From positions 2,265-66,264 of the forward strand of contig JBFXAZ010000013.1 in NCBI GenBank assembly GCA_050183765.1: 64,000 bases of DNA. Reading direction: 5' to 3'. Shown in pieces: positions 38,438 to 46,994 of the stretch. The number at the start of each line of letters is the position of its first letter. Position 1 is the stretch's first letter. A program made the position numbers and the translations under genes. The notes under the pieces are model-generated. The model had not been told where the DNA came from. It saw nothing but the letters and a program-made list of their open reading frames with translations, and did no database searches. The DNA comes from Reyranellaceae bacterium (GTDB taxonomy: Bacteria > Pseudomonadota > Alphaproteobacteria > Reyranellales > Reyranellaceae).

Positions 38438-39505
38438 TCAGTTCCTGCTCACCGGCGGCGGCGGCGGGGGCGGCGGCGGCGGGGGCGGCGGATTGCGCGG
38501 CGGCGGCGACGACTGCGGCAGGGCTGCCAGCAGCTTGTCGAGCTTCTCCTGTTCGCGCAGGCACGAGTCGTTGGTCAGCACGCCGCTGCCGCGCGCCGTC
38601 GAGTCGAGCACCAGGGTCGAGGGCTGGCCGGCCGGCTCGATCAGCAGCGCGCCGAGCTCGGCACCCTGCGGGAACTGCAACTCGATGTAACCCTGCGTAT
38701 TGTCGATCTCGAAGATGATCGAGGGCGCGCTGCCCGGCAGGATGTTGTTGGCGACGAAGACCTGCTCCGGCGTGCCCGTGGCCAGCGCGCCGCGCGGAAT
38801 CCACTTGTCGGGACCGGCGGCGACGATGTCGAAGGGACGGCCGTTGGCGATCAGGGTGCGGCCGAACGGCGAGGACAGCGCCTGCGCCAGCGGCCGCTTG
38901 CCGCTGATCAGCGAGATGCGCAGCATGCCGTTCGGCGCCGGCACCTTGAACGAGCGCACGTCGAGCAGCGAGTCGCCCGACGCCGGATAGGCGTCGTTGT
39001 AGCGCACGCCGCGCTCGCCACCCGTGATGCGCGCGTCGCCGGTGCGAATGGGCGTCATGCCAGGATAGACCGGCGCGCGCGGCGGGTCGAAGTCGAAGGC
39101 CTGGATGTTGCGCGGCACCGTCCAGCGGCGCACGCAGACCGTGTCGATCGGATAGGCGGCGCAAACCGCGCCGCTGGCGATCTTGGCGACGTCCTGAACG
39201 GCGGCGGCAAGGCCGCCGGGGCCACCTGGCGTGCCCGGGCTGCCGGCCGCGCCGCAGCCGCCGGTGCGGCAGCGCTCGTGCAGGTTCTTGATCAGCTGGA
39301 CCGCACGATCGGTGATCTGAGAGCGATCGCCGGCGGTGACATTGCCGAGCAGGTACTCGCGAACCTGCGTCCGCCAGTCGCCGTTGTTGCGGGCGATGCG
39401 GTCGACGAGTTCGGACGACTGCGCCGCGGCGTGGCCGCACAGCACAACCGGGACCACCAAGGCAGCGGCCCAACCGGAAAGAAAGTTGCGTAGGGAGGCT
39501 CTCAT
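38438..39505 (-). CDS. Secreted protein of unknown function, paralog B (poly-proline C-terminal tail)
   Basis: Start at ATG 39505 after AGGAAG. Signal peptide MRASLRNFLSGWAAALVVPVVLCGHAAAQ. Blocks shared with paralog A: GDSLLDVRSFK, LPGSAPSIIFE, IEPAGQPS, CLREQEKLD. The tail is PPPRNPPPPPPPPPPPPPVSRN. Confidence 0.62.
   Translation of the reverse strand: MRASLRNFLSGWAAALVVPVVLCGHAAAQSSELVDRIARNNGDWRTQVREYLLGNVTAGDRSQITDRAVQLIKNLHERCRTGGCGAAGSPGTPGGPGGLAAAVQDVAKIASGAVCAAYPIDTVCVRRWTVPRNIQAFDFDPPRAPVYPGMTPIRTGDARITGGERGVRYNDAYPASGDSLLDVRSFKVPAPNGMLRISLISGKRPLAQALSSPFGRTLIANGRPFDIVAAGPDKWIPRGALATGTPEQVFVANNILPGSAPSIIFEIDNTQGYIELQFPQGAELGALLIEPAGQPSTLVLDSTARGSGVLTNDSCLREQEKLDKLLAALPQSSPPPRNPPPPPPPPPPPPPVSRN
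38453..38492 (-). repeat. In-frame GGC/GGG-rich tandem repeat encoding the poly-Pro tail
   Basis: Plus strand reads CGGCGGCGGCGGCGGGGG CGGCGGCGGCGGGGG CGGCGG, an approximately 15-nt period equal to 5 codons. Confidence 0.6.
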
Positions 39506-39913
39506 CAAATCGCTTCCTGAAAATTCTTTTGGGGCAAAATTCGCCAAACGATTGCTACCTTTATACCAAAGGGGGGTCCACGAAGCACATAGAATTTTGC
39601 ATTGGACGGCAAGAGACCCTGAACGAAACGGGATCAATCGTCGAAAAATCGTCAAACGGACGTGATCGAACATTCGTCTGCGACTCCTCGTCGCGCGCAA
39701 TTGGGCGGAAATTCTCGACGCGGCCTCAGAGCTTTTCCACATGCTATTGTTATCAGACGGATTTCTTGCCACTATGGACCGTTCGTCAATGGTTGCCGCA
39801 GCCACTCTGTGGTATCACTAACAAATTGCACGGATACCGGAGATAGCGCGAGCGAGACGGTGACCGGCACCGTCCAGTAAAATCCCGCTGCGTCGCCGAG
39901 GTCGCCTGCGCAT

Positions 39914-42205
39914 ATGTCTCCGCCCGACAAATCGCATGGTCATAATCCGGGACCGCAGGACGCGCCGGGGCCGGTTAGCGCCGCCGCGGGTCCGCCGCGC
40001 GAGCCGACCGCCGCCGAGCCGCGGCCCCATCGGCCTGTCGATACCCTGCTGCGCTGCCTGCTTTACGTCGCCCAGCAGATGGGGCGGCCGGTCAGCGAAG
40101 CGGAGGTTCGCGCACTGTGCCCGATCCCCGAGCGCGGGCTCGACGAACCCACCTTCCTGCTCGCCTGCTCCCGCCTGGGCTTCAAGGCCGGGCCGGTGAC
40201 GACCGACGCCGCGACGCTTCGGCGTCTGCCGCTGCCTTTCATTCTCGTCGGTGCCGACGACACGCCCTCGATGGTGGTCACCGGCCGCGATGGCGATCGC
40301 TTCACGGCGCTCGATGTCATCGACGCCAAGCCACGCACGCTCGAGCCGCGCGCCATCGCCGAGCTGACCGGCCGTGCCATCGTGCTCAAGGACATGCCGC
40401 CACAGGAGCGCCGGCGCGACTGGAAGGCGCTCCTGCATCAGCGCATCAGGCCGGTGCTCGGCGAGCTGCTGGTCTCGTCCTTCGCCATCAACGTGCTGGC
40501 GCTGGCCACGCCGCTGTTCATGATGGTGATTTTCAACAAGGTCATCGGCCAGGGCAGCCCCGACACGCTGGCGACGACGATGGTCGTGCTGATCGCCGGC
40601 ATGTCGATCGTCTACGTCTTCGACACGATCCTGCGCATCCTGCGCGGCTACGTCTCGAGCAGCACCGGCGCGCGCATCGACGCGCTGATGTCGGGCGAGG
40701 TCGTGCGCCATCTCGTGCATCTGCCGTACCGACACTTCGAGAAGACGCCGTCGGGCGTGATCGCCGAGCGGCTGCGCCAGCTCGATACGCTGCGCGCCTT
40801 CTTCACCGGCCAGATGCCGGCGCTGATCATCGATCTGGGCTTCGTCTTCGTCTATCTGGCTGCGATCTACCTGATCAACGTCATCCTCGGCGTGTTCGTC
40901 ACGCTGATGATCCCCGTCTTCCTCGGCATCTCGCTGGTCACGCATCGCGCGCAGCGGCGCTATATCGACGAGAACTTCCATGCGCTGGCGAGCAAGGGCT
41001 CGGCGCTCAACGAGACCGTCAACAACGCCGGCACCATCAAGGCGCTGGGCCTGGAAAGCGAGATCGAGCGGCGATGGCGCGAGCGCGTGGCGCGCTCGGC
41101 GTGGACGAGCTTCCGCGCCAACAACCTCGCCAACGTCGTCGCCAGCCTCACCGGCGCGCTGCAGATGTTCGTGTCGCTGGGCGTGATCCTGCTCGGCACC
41201 TGGGAGATCACCAACCAGCTGATGAGCATCGGCGCGCTGATCGCCGCCAACATGCTGGCCGGCCGCGCGCTGGCGCCGATGCGCCAGGTGATCTCCGCCT
41301 GGCACACGCTGCAGTCGGTTCGCGCGGCCTTCGCCCGCATCGACGAGATGATGTCGCTCGACACCGAGATCGAGCCCGGCGCGCTCGCGCCCATGCCGCC
41401 GCTGCAGGGCGAGATCGTCTTCGAGCGAGTCTCGTTCAAGTACGACGACGGTCCGCCCGTCCTGCACGAGATCGACCTGCGCATCGAGCCCGGCACGGTG
41501 ATCGGCATCATCGGGCCCTCGGGCTCGGGCAAGACGACGATCTCCAACCTGCTGCAAGGTCTCTACACCCCGACCTCCGGCCGCGTGCTGGTCGACCGCA
41601 CCGACATCGCCCATATCTCGCCGGCGCAGCTGCGTGCGCAGACCGGCGCGGTGCCGCAGGACGTGCAGCTGTTCTCCGGCACCGTGCGCGAGAACATCGC
41701 CATGGGCGTCGCCGACAAGGACCCCGGCCGCATCGTCGCCGTGGCCAAGTTCGTCGGCGCGCACAACTTCATCCAGAAGCTGCCGCAGGGCTACAACACC
41801 GTGCTGAGCGAGCGCGGCGGCGGCCTCTCGCAGGGCCAGAAGCAGTTGTTGTGCATCGCCCGCGCGCTGATCCGCAACCCACGCATCATCGTGCTCGACG
41901 AGGCGACCAGCGCACTCGACCCGGCCACCGAGGAGCAGCTCCTGCGCACGCTGCGCACCAACGCGCGCGGCCGCACCATCGTCATGGTCACCCATCGCCT
42001 GGCGCCGCTGGCCATCGCCGACAAGGTGGCGCTGGTGATCGATGGCCGCATCGAACGCATCGGCCCGCCGACCGAGGTGATGGCCTATGCCCGCATCCGC
42101 ATGGCCGAGGCCAGCCGCGCCCAGCCGCCCGGCCAGTCGCCGATGAGCCAGGGCTCCAACGTCGCCAGCCTGGTCGCCGGTGGCGCCCCGCTGGCTGGCG
42201 CCTGA
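39914..42205 (+). CDS. Type I secretion system permease/ATPase with N-terminal degenerate C39-like domain (HlyB-type)
   Basis: 763 aa. An N-terminal domain of about 150 aa (VDTLLRCLLYVAQQMGRPVSEAE...) is followed by a 6-TM ABC domain. Walker A GPSGSGKTT, signature LSQGQKQLL, Walker B IIVLDEATSALD. Confidence 0.88.
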   Translation: MSPPDKSHGHNPGPQDAPGPVSAAAGPPREPTAAEPRPHRPVDTLLRCLLYVAQQMGRPVSEAEVRALCPIPERGLDEPTFLLACSRLGFKAGPVTTDAATLRRLPLPFILVGADDTPSMVVTGRDGDRFTALDVIDAKPRTLEPRAIAELTGRAIVLKDMPPQERRRDWKALLHQRIRPVLGELLVSSFAINVLALATPLFMMVIFNKVIGQGSPDTLATTMVVLIAGMSIVYVFDTILRILRGYVSSSTGARIDALMSGEVVRHLVHLPYRHFEKTPSGVIAERLRQLDTLRAFFTGQMPALIIDLGFVFVYLAAIYLINVILGVFVTLMIPVFLGISLVTHRAQRRYIDENFHALASKGSALNETVNNAGTIKALGLESEIERRWRERVARSAWTSFRANNLANVVASLTGALQMFVSLGVILLGTWEITNQLMSIGALIAANMLAGRALAPMRQVISAWHTLQSVRAAFARIDEMMSLDTEIEPGALAPMPPLQGEIVFERVSFKYDDGPPVLHEIDLRIEPGTVIGIIGPSGSGKTTISNLLQGLYTPTSGRVLVDRTDIAHISPAQLRAQTGAVPQDVQLFSGTVRENIAMGVADKDPGRIVAVAKFVGAHNFIQKLPQGYNTVLSERGGGLSQGQKQLLCIARALIRNPRIIVLDEATSALDPATEEQLLRTLRTNARGRTIVMVTHRLAPLAIADKVALVIDGRIERIGPPTEVMAYARIRMAEASRAQPPGQSPMSQGSNVASLVAGGAPLAGA

Positions 42206-42216
42206 GGAGACGCGCG

Positions 42217-43734
42217 ATGGCCGAGAGCGCGAGACTGCCGACTGGCGCGTTGCAACCGACGCCCGACGACGGCTCCGGCGCGGCACGCCCGTCCAACCCG
42301 CCCGGAACCGCGGTCGCGCCGCCGGCCAGGCCGCCGGAGAACGCCGTCACCCGCGTCCTCGCCGAGGCGCGTCTGCTCGGCACCCCGCGCGCGAAAGTCG
42401 AGGATTTTCTGCCGGACATCGAGGCGATCAGCGAGCGTCGCCATTCGCCCTATGCCAGCTGGTTGATCTACGCCCTCACCGGGTTCGTCGCCGCGGCGGT
42501 GCTGTGGATGTCGCTCTCCCACATCGATCAGGTGGCGACGGCCCCGGGCGTGATCCGGCCGGCCGGCAAGGCCAAAACGCTCAGCCATCCCGAAGGCGGA
42601 CGCGTCGCGCGCATCCTGGTGAAGGACGGCGACCACGTCCGGGAAGGCCAGGATCTCATCGAGCTCGATTCCGACCAGGTCGACCAGGAGATCGCCAAGT
42701 CGCGCGCGGTCTATCAGGCGCTTTCGGGCGAAGTCGCCCGGCTCGAGGCCGAGACGGCCCAGCAGGCGACGGCGCCGGTCTTTCCGCCGGAGCTGGCCCG
42801 TACCTCAGCGGTGATCGCCGACCAGCTCAACCTGTGGCGCGCGCGCCAGGCGGAGCTGCAGGCACGCCGCACCGCCGCCGATTCCGTCGTGGAGCAGACG
42901 CGCGCGCGCATGCAGGGCGCGCAAGGCCGCATCAAGACACTCGAGGAAAGCGTCACCATCCTGTCGCAGCGCGAGAAGGCGCTGCGCGGGCTGGTCGGGC
43001 AGAAGTACTTTCCCGAACTGCAGTACCTTGGCGTCAAGCGCGATCTCGTGGTCGCGCGCGGCGATCTCGCCTCGGCGCACGACGATCTGAAGAACGCCGA
43101 GCAAGCCTACGCCGAAGCCGTCGAACGGCGCACGATCGTCGATCGCGAGTGGATGTCGGCCGGCCTGAAGCGGCTGGGCGAGGCCCGGGCCGAGCGCGAT
43201 CGCGCCATGGGCACGCTCGAGCAGCAGCTCACCTTCAAGCGCAACCTGGTGCTGCGCGCGCCGATCGACGGCATCGTCAACGGCCTGCGCCTGACCAACC
43301 CCGGCCAGGCGGTACGCCCCGGCGAGCCGGTCGTCGGAGTCGTGCCGTCCGGCGAAGCGCGGCGCATCGAAGTCGAGATCCGGGTCACGAACGCCGACAT
43401 CGGCATGATCACCCAGGGCCAGGCCTGCGTGGTCAAGCTGCAGACCTACGACTGGGTCCGCTATGGCGCGCTCGACTGCAAGGTCACCTACATCGCCGCC
43501 GATTCCATCGCGCCCGATCCGGCGATCAACCCGCAGGCCGCCGCGACCACGCAGCCGTACTTCATCGTCCTGGCGTCGCTGGAGCACGACTACCTGGGCG
43601 ACGACCCGCGCCGCAACCGGGTGACTCCGGGCATGACCGCTCTGGTCGACCTCCATATCGGTCGCCGCTCGATCATGGGTTACTTCACGGACCGCGTCTT
43701 CTCGACCGTCGGCGGCGCGATGAAGGAGCGGTGA
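42217..43734 (+). CDS. HlyD-family type I secretion periplasmic adaptor
   Basis: Start at ATG 42217 after GAGGAGA, inside the fused 40117..43734 track ORF. A single TM (WLIYALTGFVAAAVLWM), a lipoyl-like hairpin (GGRVARILVKDGDHVREGQDLIELD) and a long coiled coil. Confidence 0.88.
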   Translation: MAESARLPTGALQPTPDDGSGAARPSNPPGTAVAPPARPPENAVTRVLAEARLLGTPRAKVEDFLPDIEAISERRHSPYASWLIYALTGFVAAAVLWMSLSHIDQVATAPGVIRPAGKAKTLSHPEGGRVARILVKDGDHVREGQDLIELDSDQVDQEIAKSRAVYQALSGEVARLEAETAQQATAPVFPPELARTSAVIADQLNLWRARQAELQARRTAADSVVEQTRARMQGAQGRIKTLEESVTILSQREKALRGLVGQKYFPELQYLGVKRDLVVARGDLASAHDDLKNAEQAYAEAVERRTIVDREWMSAGLKRLGEARAERDRAMGTLEQQLTFKRNLVLRAPIDGIVNGLRLTNPGQAVRPGEPVVGVVPSGEARRIEVEIRVTNADIGMITQGQACVVKLQTYDWVRYGALDCKVTYIAADSIAPDPAINPQAAATTQPYFIVLASLEHDYLGDDPRRNRVTPGMTALVDLHIGRRSIMGYFTDRVFSTVGGAMKER

Positions 43735-43928
43735 TTTCCGGCCTTTGTGGCGCCATGAATAGCAGTCAGACAATGATCAGGCCCAACAAGTTGTGGCCTT
43801 GATCGGTCCGCAATGAAGTGACAATCGCTTTGAAATTTCCTTGTTTTAGAGTACTTTACGACATGATATTTAATAATTCTCAGGCTGTCGGTTCGCCGCA
43901 TGTGCCGGCCGCAGGGTGGTACTAGTCC

Positions 43929-46184
43929 ATGGCGAACGTGACGCGCTTGCAAACGGGCTACAGCAACCTCCCAGTCGAAGCGCCGCCGCCGGTCTCGCAG
44001 CAGGGGCCCCAGGGCGATCCTTCGCCGTCGGTATCGGTCCGCAATATCCTGGGCATGCTGCGGCGCCACAAGCTGCTGATCGGCGGCGTGGCGCTGATCG
44101 GCACGACCATCGCCTGGCTGATCGCCAACCAGCTGACCCCGGTCTATCAGGCCCAGGCCGACATCGTCATCGAAGGCGGCGGCGATACGCCGATCATCAA
44201 TCCCAACCAGGGCGCGGGGTCGCCCGACGTCAACATGGAGGCCGAGGCCGCCAAGCTGAAGAGCGAGGCCAATGCCCGCATCTCGGTGCGCGCGCTGAAC
44301 CTGATCGAGCATCCGCTGTTCAATCAGGAGCTCGCGCCGCCGCGGCAGGGCAAGCTCAAGGCGCTGTTCGCCCCCGTGATGAAGGATCGGCGCCGGCGAG
44401 GCGCCGCCGCGCCGCCGCGCCTGCCGGCCGAGGAAGTCCGCCGCCGCCTCGACGCGATGCCGCCGGACCAGAAGGACCCCTTCTACAACCAGATCGCCGG
44501 CGCCTGGGCTGGCGGCCTGTCGACGGCGATCCCGCCGTTCTCGCGCGTGCTCAGCATCCGCTACCGCTCGTCCGATCCGCAGCTCGCCGCGCACTCGGTG
44601 AACCAGGCGATCCGGACCTACATGGAGCAGCAGAAGGACGACAAGCAGAAGGATGCGCTGGAGCTGATGCGCTTCCTCGCCACCCAGACCGAGGACGCCC
44701 GCAAGGCGGTGGTCAAGGCGGAGCGCGAGCTGGCCGAATTCCGCGCCGCCAACCAGATCTACGATACCGGTGACGCCTCGACGCAGACCAAGCAGCTGAT
44801 CGAGCTGCAGTCGCAGCTGCTGGCGGCCGAGAAGGACCTGCGCGAGAAGGCGGCGCGTGCCGAGAACGGCATGTTGCCCAACGACAACACCCTGCTCGCC
44901 GAGCTGGCGAACGCCGAGAAGCGCGTCGCCGAGCTCGCGGCGCAGTTCGGGCCGAGCCATCCCGACATGGTGCGCGCGCGCCGACAGCTGGGCGCCGTGC
45001 AGGCCCGCGTCGAGGCCGAGCGTGCCCGCGTCATCCGCAACCAGGGCCGCGAGGTCGAGGCCACGCGCATCTCGGTCGAGAAGCTGCGCGCGGAGGTCAG
45101 CCGTCTCGAGGACCAGATCCGGCGCCAGACCGTGAACCTGGCGCAGCTGCGCACGCTGCAGACCGAGCTCGACACGCGCAAGCAGTACTACCAGGCGCTG
45201 CTGCAGCGCTTCCAGGGCGTCAAGGTCGACACCGAGGTGAAGCGCAAGTCGATCGCCCGTGTGCTGAACGACGCCGAGGTCCCCGCCACGCCCGTCGCGC
45301 CGCGCAAGGATCTCATCGTCCTGATGGCCTTCGTCGCCTCGCTGGCGCTGGGCGTGGCGGTCGCGATCGTCATCGAGCTGATGGACTCCGGCTTCCGTTC
45401 GATCCACCAGCTCGAGCAGATGACCGGCGTGGCCGCGCTGGGCATGGTGCCGTTCCAGTCCGGCCGGCTGCGGCGCAACGCCAAGCCGTGGATGAACATC
45501 GTCGACAAGCCGAACTCGGCCTACTCCGAGGCGTTGCGCACGATCCGGACCGGCATCCAGCTGTCGAGCGCCGACCATCCGCAGCGCACCGTCGTCGTCA
45601 CCTCGTCGGTGCCCGGCGAGGGCAAGACCACCACGTCGCTGTCGCTGGCCGCCGCCTCGGCCGCCTCGGGCGCGCGCACGCTCCTGATCGATTGCGACCT
45701 GCGCCAGCCCTCGGCGCACAAGAACCTCGGCGTCGACAACGAGGCCGGCCTGGCCGAGTTCCTCTCGGGGCAACGCAACCTCGAGGAGCTGGTGCACGTC
45801 GAGCCGCGCACCGGCCTGTACTACATCCTCGCCGGCAAGCGTCCACCCTCGCCTACCGACCTGCTCGGCTCCCTGCGCATGCGCAAGCTGCTGCAGCAGC
45901 TGGGCGACGCCTTCGACCTCGTCGTGCTCGACACGCCGCCGGTGCTCGCGGTGTCGGACGCGCTCCTGCTGGTGCGCCAGGCCGACACGACGATCTTTGT
46001 TGTGCGCTGGGAGAAGACGCGGCGCGATATCGCCTCGACCGGGGTGAAGATGGTCTACGAGGCCGGCGCGCGCCTGTCGGGCATCGTGCTTACCCAGGTG
46101 GACCTGCGCCGCCACGCCCAGTACGACTATACCGACAGCGGCGTGTACTACTACCGCGGCTACAAGAAGTACTACGGCGACTAG
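43929..46184 (+). CDS. Polysaccharide co-polymerase / tyrosine autokinase (GumC/ExoP/Wzc-like)
   Basis: Wzz-like N-terminal TM plus a coiled-coil periplasmic domain, a second TM, then a BY-kinase P-loop VVVTSSVPGEGKTTTSLSLA and Walker B-like FDLVVLDTPP. C-terminal Tyr cluster YDYTDSGVYYYRGYKKYYGD. Confidence 0.9.
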   Translation: MANVTRLQTGYSNLPVEAPPPVSQQGPQGDPSPSVSVRNILGMLRRHKLLIGGVALIGTTIAWLIANQLTPVYQAQADIVIEGGGDTPIINPNQGAGSPDVNMEAEAAKLKSEANARISVRALNLIEHPLFNQELAPPRQGKLKALFAPVMKDRRRRGAAAPPRLPAEEVRRRLDAMPPDQKDPFYNQIAGAWAGGLSTAIPPFSRVLSIRYRSSDPQLAAHSVNQAIRTYMEQQKDDKQKDALELMRFLATQTEDARKAVVKAERELAEFRAANQIYDTGDASTQTKQLIELQSQLLAAEKDLREKAARAENGMLPNDNTLLAELANAEKRVAELAAQFGPSHPDMVRARRQLGAVQARVEAERARVIRNQGREVEATRISVEKLRAEVSRLEDQIRRQTVNLAQLRTLQTELDTRKQYYQALLQRFQGVKVDTEVKRKSIARVLNDAEVPATPVAPRKDLIVLMAFVASLALGVAVAIVIELMDSGFRSIHQLEQMTGVAALGMVPFQSGRLRRNAKPWMNIVDKPNSAYSEALRTIRTGIQLSSADHPQRTVVVTSSVPGEGKTTTSLSLAAASAASGARTLLIDCDLRQPSAHKNLGVDNEAGLAEFLSGQRNLEELVHVEPRTGLYYILAGKRPPSPTDLLGSLRMRKLLQQLGDAFDLVVLDTPPVLAVSDALLLVRQADTTIFVVRWEKTRRDIASTGVKMVYEAGARLSGIVLTQVDLRRHAQYDYTDSGVYYYRGYKKYYGD

Positions 46185-46208
46185 GCGCCACCCTCGACGC
46201 GGTCCGTC

Positions 46209-46994
46209 ATGGCGATGACCACGAACCGTATCTCGCTGATCTCCGACGTGCGGCCGGACGAGCGCGCGCGGCGCAGGAGCAGCCGCCAGGCGGGTCCCGA
46301 GCATCTGCGCCACCGGCTGTCGCTGCCGCTGGGGATCATCGCCATCGTCGGCGGCCTGGCGCTGGGCGCCGTGGCGTTCCCGCACCTGATTGCGGCCATC
46401 GCCGTCGTCCAGGCACGACCGATCGCCGAGCGCTTCATCAGCGGCGAGCGCGGTCCCTATCTGGCGAATGTCGAGCACGCCGGCGAGCGGCTGCAATTCG
46501 CGCTGGGCCTGGCGCCGGACGCCGATACCGCTGTGCTGCTGGCCGATCTGCGGCTGTGGCAGGCGCGGCGCGCCGCGGACACCAAGACCACGCTCGCCTA
46601 TGCCCGGCAGAGCGCCGAGGCCGCGAAGCTCGCGATACGCCATGCCCCGGCCCATGCCACGGCGTGGACCGCGCTGGCCGACGCGCTCGAAGTGCTGAAC
46701 CCGGGCGACGCCTCGGTCGTCGCGCCGCTGTCACGCGCGCTGCTGGTGTCGCCTTACGACCCGAGGCGGCGGCGCACGCGCGTCAACCTGGCGATGCGCC
46801 ATTGGCAGGCGCTGCCGCCGCAGGCGCAGAAGGCGGCCGGTCCGCCGATCGTCGCCATGGCGCGGGCCGACCTGGATGTGCTGGCCAGGCTCACCAAGCA
46901 GAACCTGGCGCTGGGCGCGGTGCGCGACGCGCTGGCCGCCGACGCCGAGCTCGCCCGCCGCTTCGACGCCGCCTATATCGCCCTGCCTAATTGA
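46209..46994 (+). CDS. Membrane-anchored hypothetical protein
   Basis: One TM (LSLPLGIIAIVGGLALGAVAFPHLIAAIAVV) followed by a helical Ala/Leu/Arg-rich domain. It lies directly downstream of the tyrosine kinase gene. I recognise no family. Confidence 0.5.
   Translation: MAMTTNRISLISDVRPDERARRRSSRQAGPEHLRHRLSLPLGIIAIVGGLALGAVAFPHLIAAIAVVQARPIAERFISGERGPYLANVEHAGERLQFALGLAPDADTAVLLADLRLWQARRAADTKTTLAYARQSAEAAKLAIRHAPAHATAWTALADALEVLNPGDASVVAPLSRALLVSPYDPRRRRTRVNLAMRHWQALPPQAQKAAGPPIVAMARADLDVLARLTKQNLALGAVRDALAADAELARRFDAAYIALPN

Noticed and set aside
38453-38492. The GGC-rich tandem repeat considered as a CRISPR-like or non-coding microsatellite.
   Set aside because: It has only about 2.5 copies with no spacers. 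It lies in frame inside the paralog B ORF, where it encodes the poly-Pro tail.
35054-39505. The idea that the two paralogous unknown proteins are the cargo of the adjacent type I secretion system.
   Set aside because: Both have classical N-terminal Sec signal peptides and lack Gly-rich RTX repeats or an acidic C-terminal T1SS signal. Their C-termini are Pro/Thr spacers. T1SS substrates are normally exported directly from the cytoplasm without Sec signals.
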